NCBI RefSeq assembly: GCF_028641065.1
Contig: NC_073384.1
Coordinates: 65,906,001 to 65,970,000, forward strand
Length of the DNA: 64,000 bases
Reading direction: 5' to 3'
Source: Leucoraja erinacea
Lineage: Eukaryota
Shown here: positions 62,936 through 64,000 of the stretch, one piece after another
Numbering within the stretch: the first letter of the stretch is position 1
Layout: the number at the start of each line of letters is the position of its first letter
Made by a program: the position numbers and the translations under genes
Notes under the pieces: generated by a model
Database searches by the model: none
Seen by the model: the letters and a program-made list of their open reading frames with translations, nothing else
Told to the model about the DNA's origin: nothing

Positions 62936-63463
62936 TTAGAGCTGATGATCTCCTTGCTGGCTGTGCATCCATCTAGACTACCTCACCCCAAATTACAGCC
63001 TATGGGTTCAGATTATTCCAGCCTTGTGGAATCTTCTTATTTCAGCAATCTTTATTCTCTAATTGCACAATCATTTCAAGCCCACATAATAATATTAAAA
63101 ATCCAATCTCATTTCCAGTTGCGAAAAAGAGGGGATGTGGAGCGCAGAGCCGACTCCTACCATCCCATCTAAGTCAGGGCTGACATTGAGGATTTGTGAT
63201 CATCTCATTGTTTCACAATGCAAGCCATTAGTTTCATGCAACTGAAACACCTTTCTCTAATCCTTTATGAAATTACCTTCTAACATTCTACCAAATATGC
63301 ATTAATTCAGAAATACTGATTGTAACCTAGTTTTAGGTACACATTTCAATCCTAGCCAATTATGCCCATTCATTCATATCAGATGTAATCTGTCTTCAAT
63401 TTAGTAAGGTCATTGTCTATCTTCTGCCTACAATTTCTGTATTGCTTTGGCCATTTTAACTTG

Positions 63464-63608
63464 GAACATAGAAACATAGAAAATAGATGCAGGAATATGC
63501 CATTCGGCCCTTCAAGCCAGCATCATGGCTGATCATCTAGAATCAGTACCCAGTTCCTGCTTTCTCCCCGTATCCCTTGATTCCGTTAGCCATAAGAGCT
63601 ACATCTAA
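63464..63608 (-). mobile_element. CR1 3' end
   Basis: ACATAGAAACATAGAAAATAG tail on the plus strand. Confidence 0.85.
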
Positions 63609-63616
63609 TACCCCTG

Positions 63617-63719
63617 GTTACACAGAAAAGCTGGAGAAACTCAGCGGGTGCAGCAGCATCTATGGAGCGAAGGAAATAGGCAACGTTTCGGGCCGAAACC
63701 CTTCTTCAGACCTAATCAG
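63617..63719 (-). mobile_element. Young PLE mini-insertion with intact hammerhead (63682-63709)
   Basis: 16-bp TSD ACATCTAATACCCCTG (63601-63616, 63720-63735); CUGAAGA-A-GGGU-UUCG-GCCC-GAAACGUU. Confidence 0.85.
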
Positions 63720-63727
63720 ACATCTAA

Positions 63728-64000
63728 TACCCCTGTCCCACTTAGGAAACCTGAACGGAAACCTCTGGAGACTTTGCGCCCCACCCAAGGTTTCCGTGCG
63801 GTTCCCGGAGGTTTTTGTCAGTCTCCCTAATGGTCGAAAGTGGTTTCCGCTTCTTCTATGTTCCGGCGATTATTTCAAAAAATTCAAAACCGGCAGCGAC
63901 TAAAAATAGGTTGCCGCTTTAAAAATCGGTCATTTTTAAGTCGAAGCCGGTTGCGATGCTAGTTGAAAGTGGTTGCTGGAGGTTGCAGGTGGTTGCCGGA
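63728..64000. mobile_element. Harbinger-like MITE family D, runs off the window
   Basis: Left TIR matches the 60242 copy. Confidence 0.85.

Overview
Repeat-dense vertebrate intronic/intergenic DNA. The repeat mix (CR1 LINEs with TTCTATGT tails, V-SINE/HE1-like SINEs, DeuSINE relics, Penelope-like elements, Rex1/Babar LINEs) points to a cartilaginous fish, probably a skate or ray (inference). I recognise no host protein-coding gene; the ORFs I can identify are retroelement fragments and the rest look like low-complexity or chance ORFs. The main result is three architecturally different self-cleaving ribozyme motifs, folded by eye, carried by three unrelated retroelements. (1) A complete minimal HDV-like double pseudoknot forms the 5' end of a 146-bp TSD-flanked mini-retroposon (10843-10988). 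(2) A non-circularly permuted (rearranged) hammerhead lies in the 3' UTR of a HERO-like RLE retrotransposon (39701-39775, minus strand). (3) About 20 minimal dimer-type hammerheads, mostly decayed, lie in Penelope-like repeats, often as fold-back palindromes with 11-17 bp TSDs; one direct copy is flanked by a ~210-bp duplication. Also present: a solo LTR, two non-autonomous Helitrons, a hAT MITE, a TAG...CTA element with a 6-bp TSD, about 14 PIF/Harbinger-like MITEs, a SINE head with two different LINE tails, and two LINE fragments that are horizontal-transfer candidates. Family names come from recalled motif similarity, not database searches, and boundaries of old repeats are approximate.
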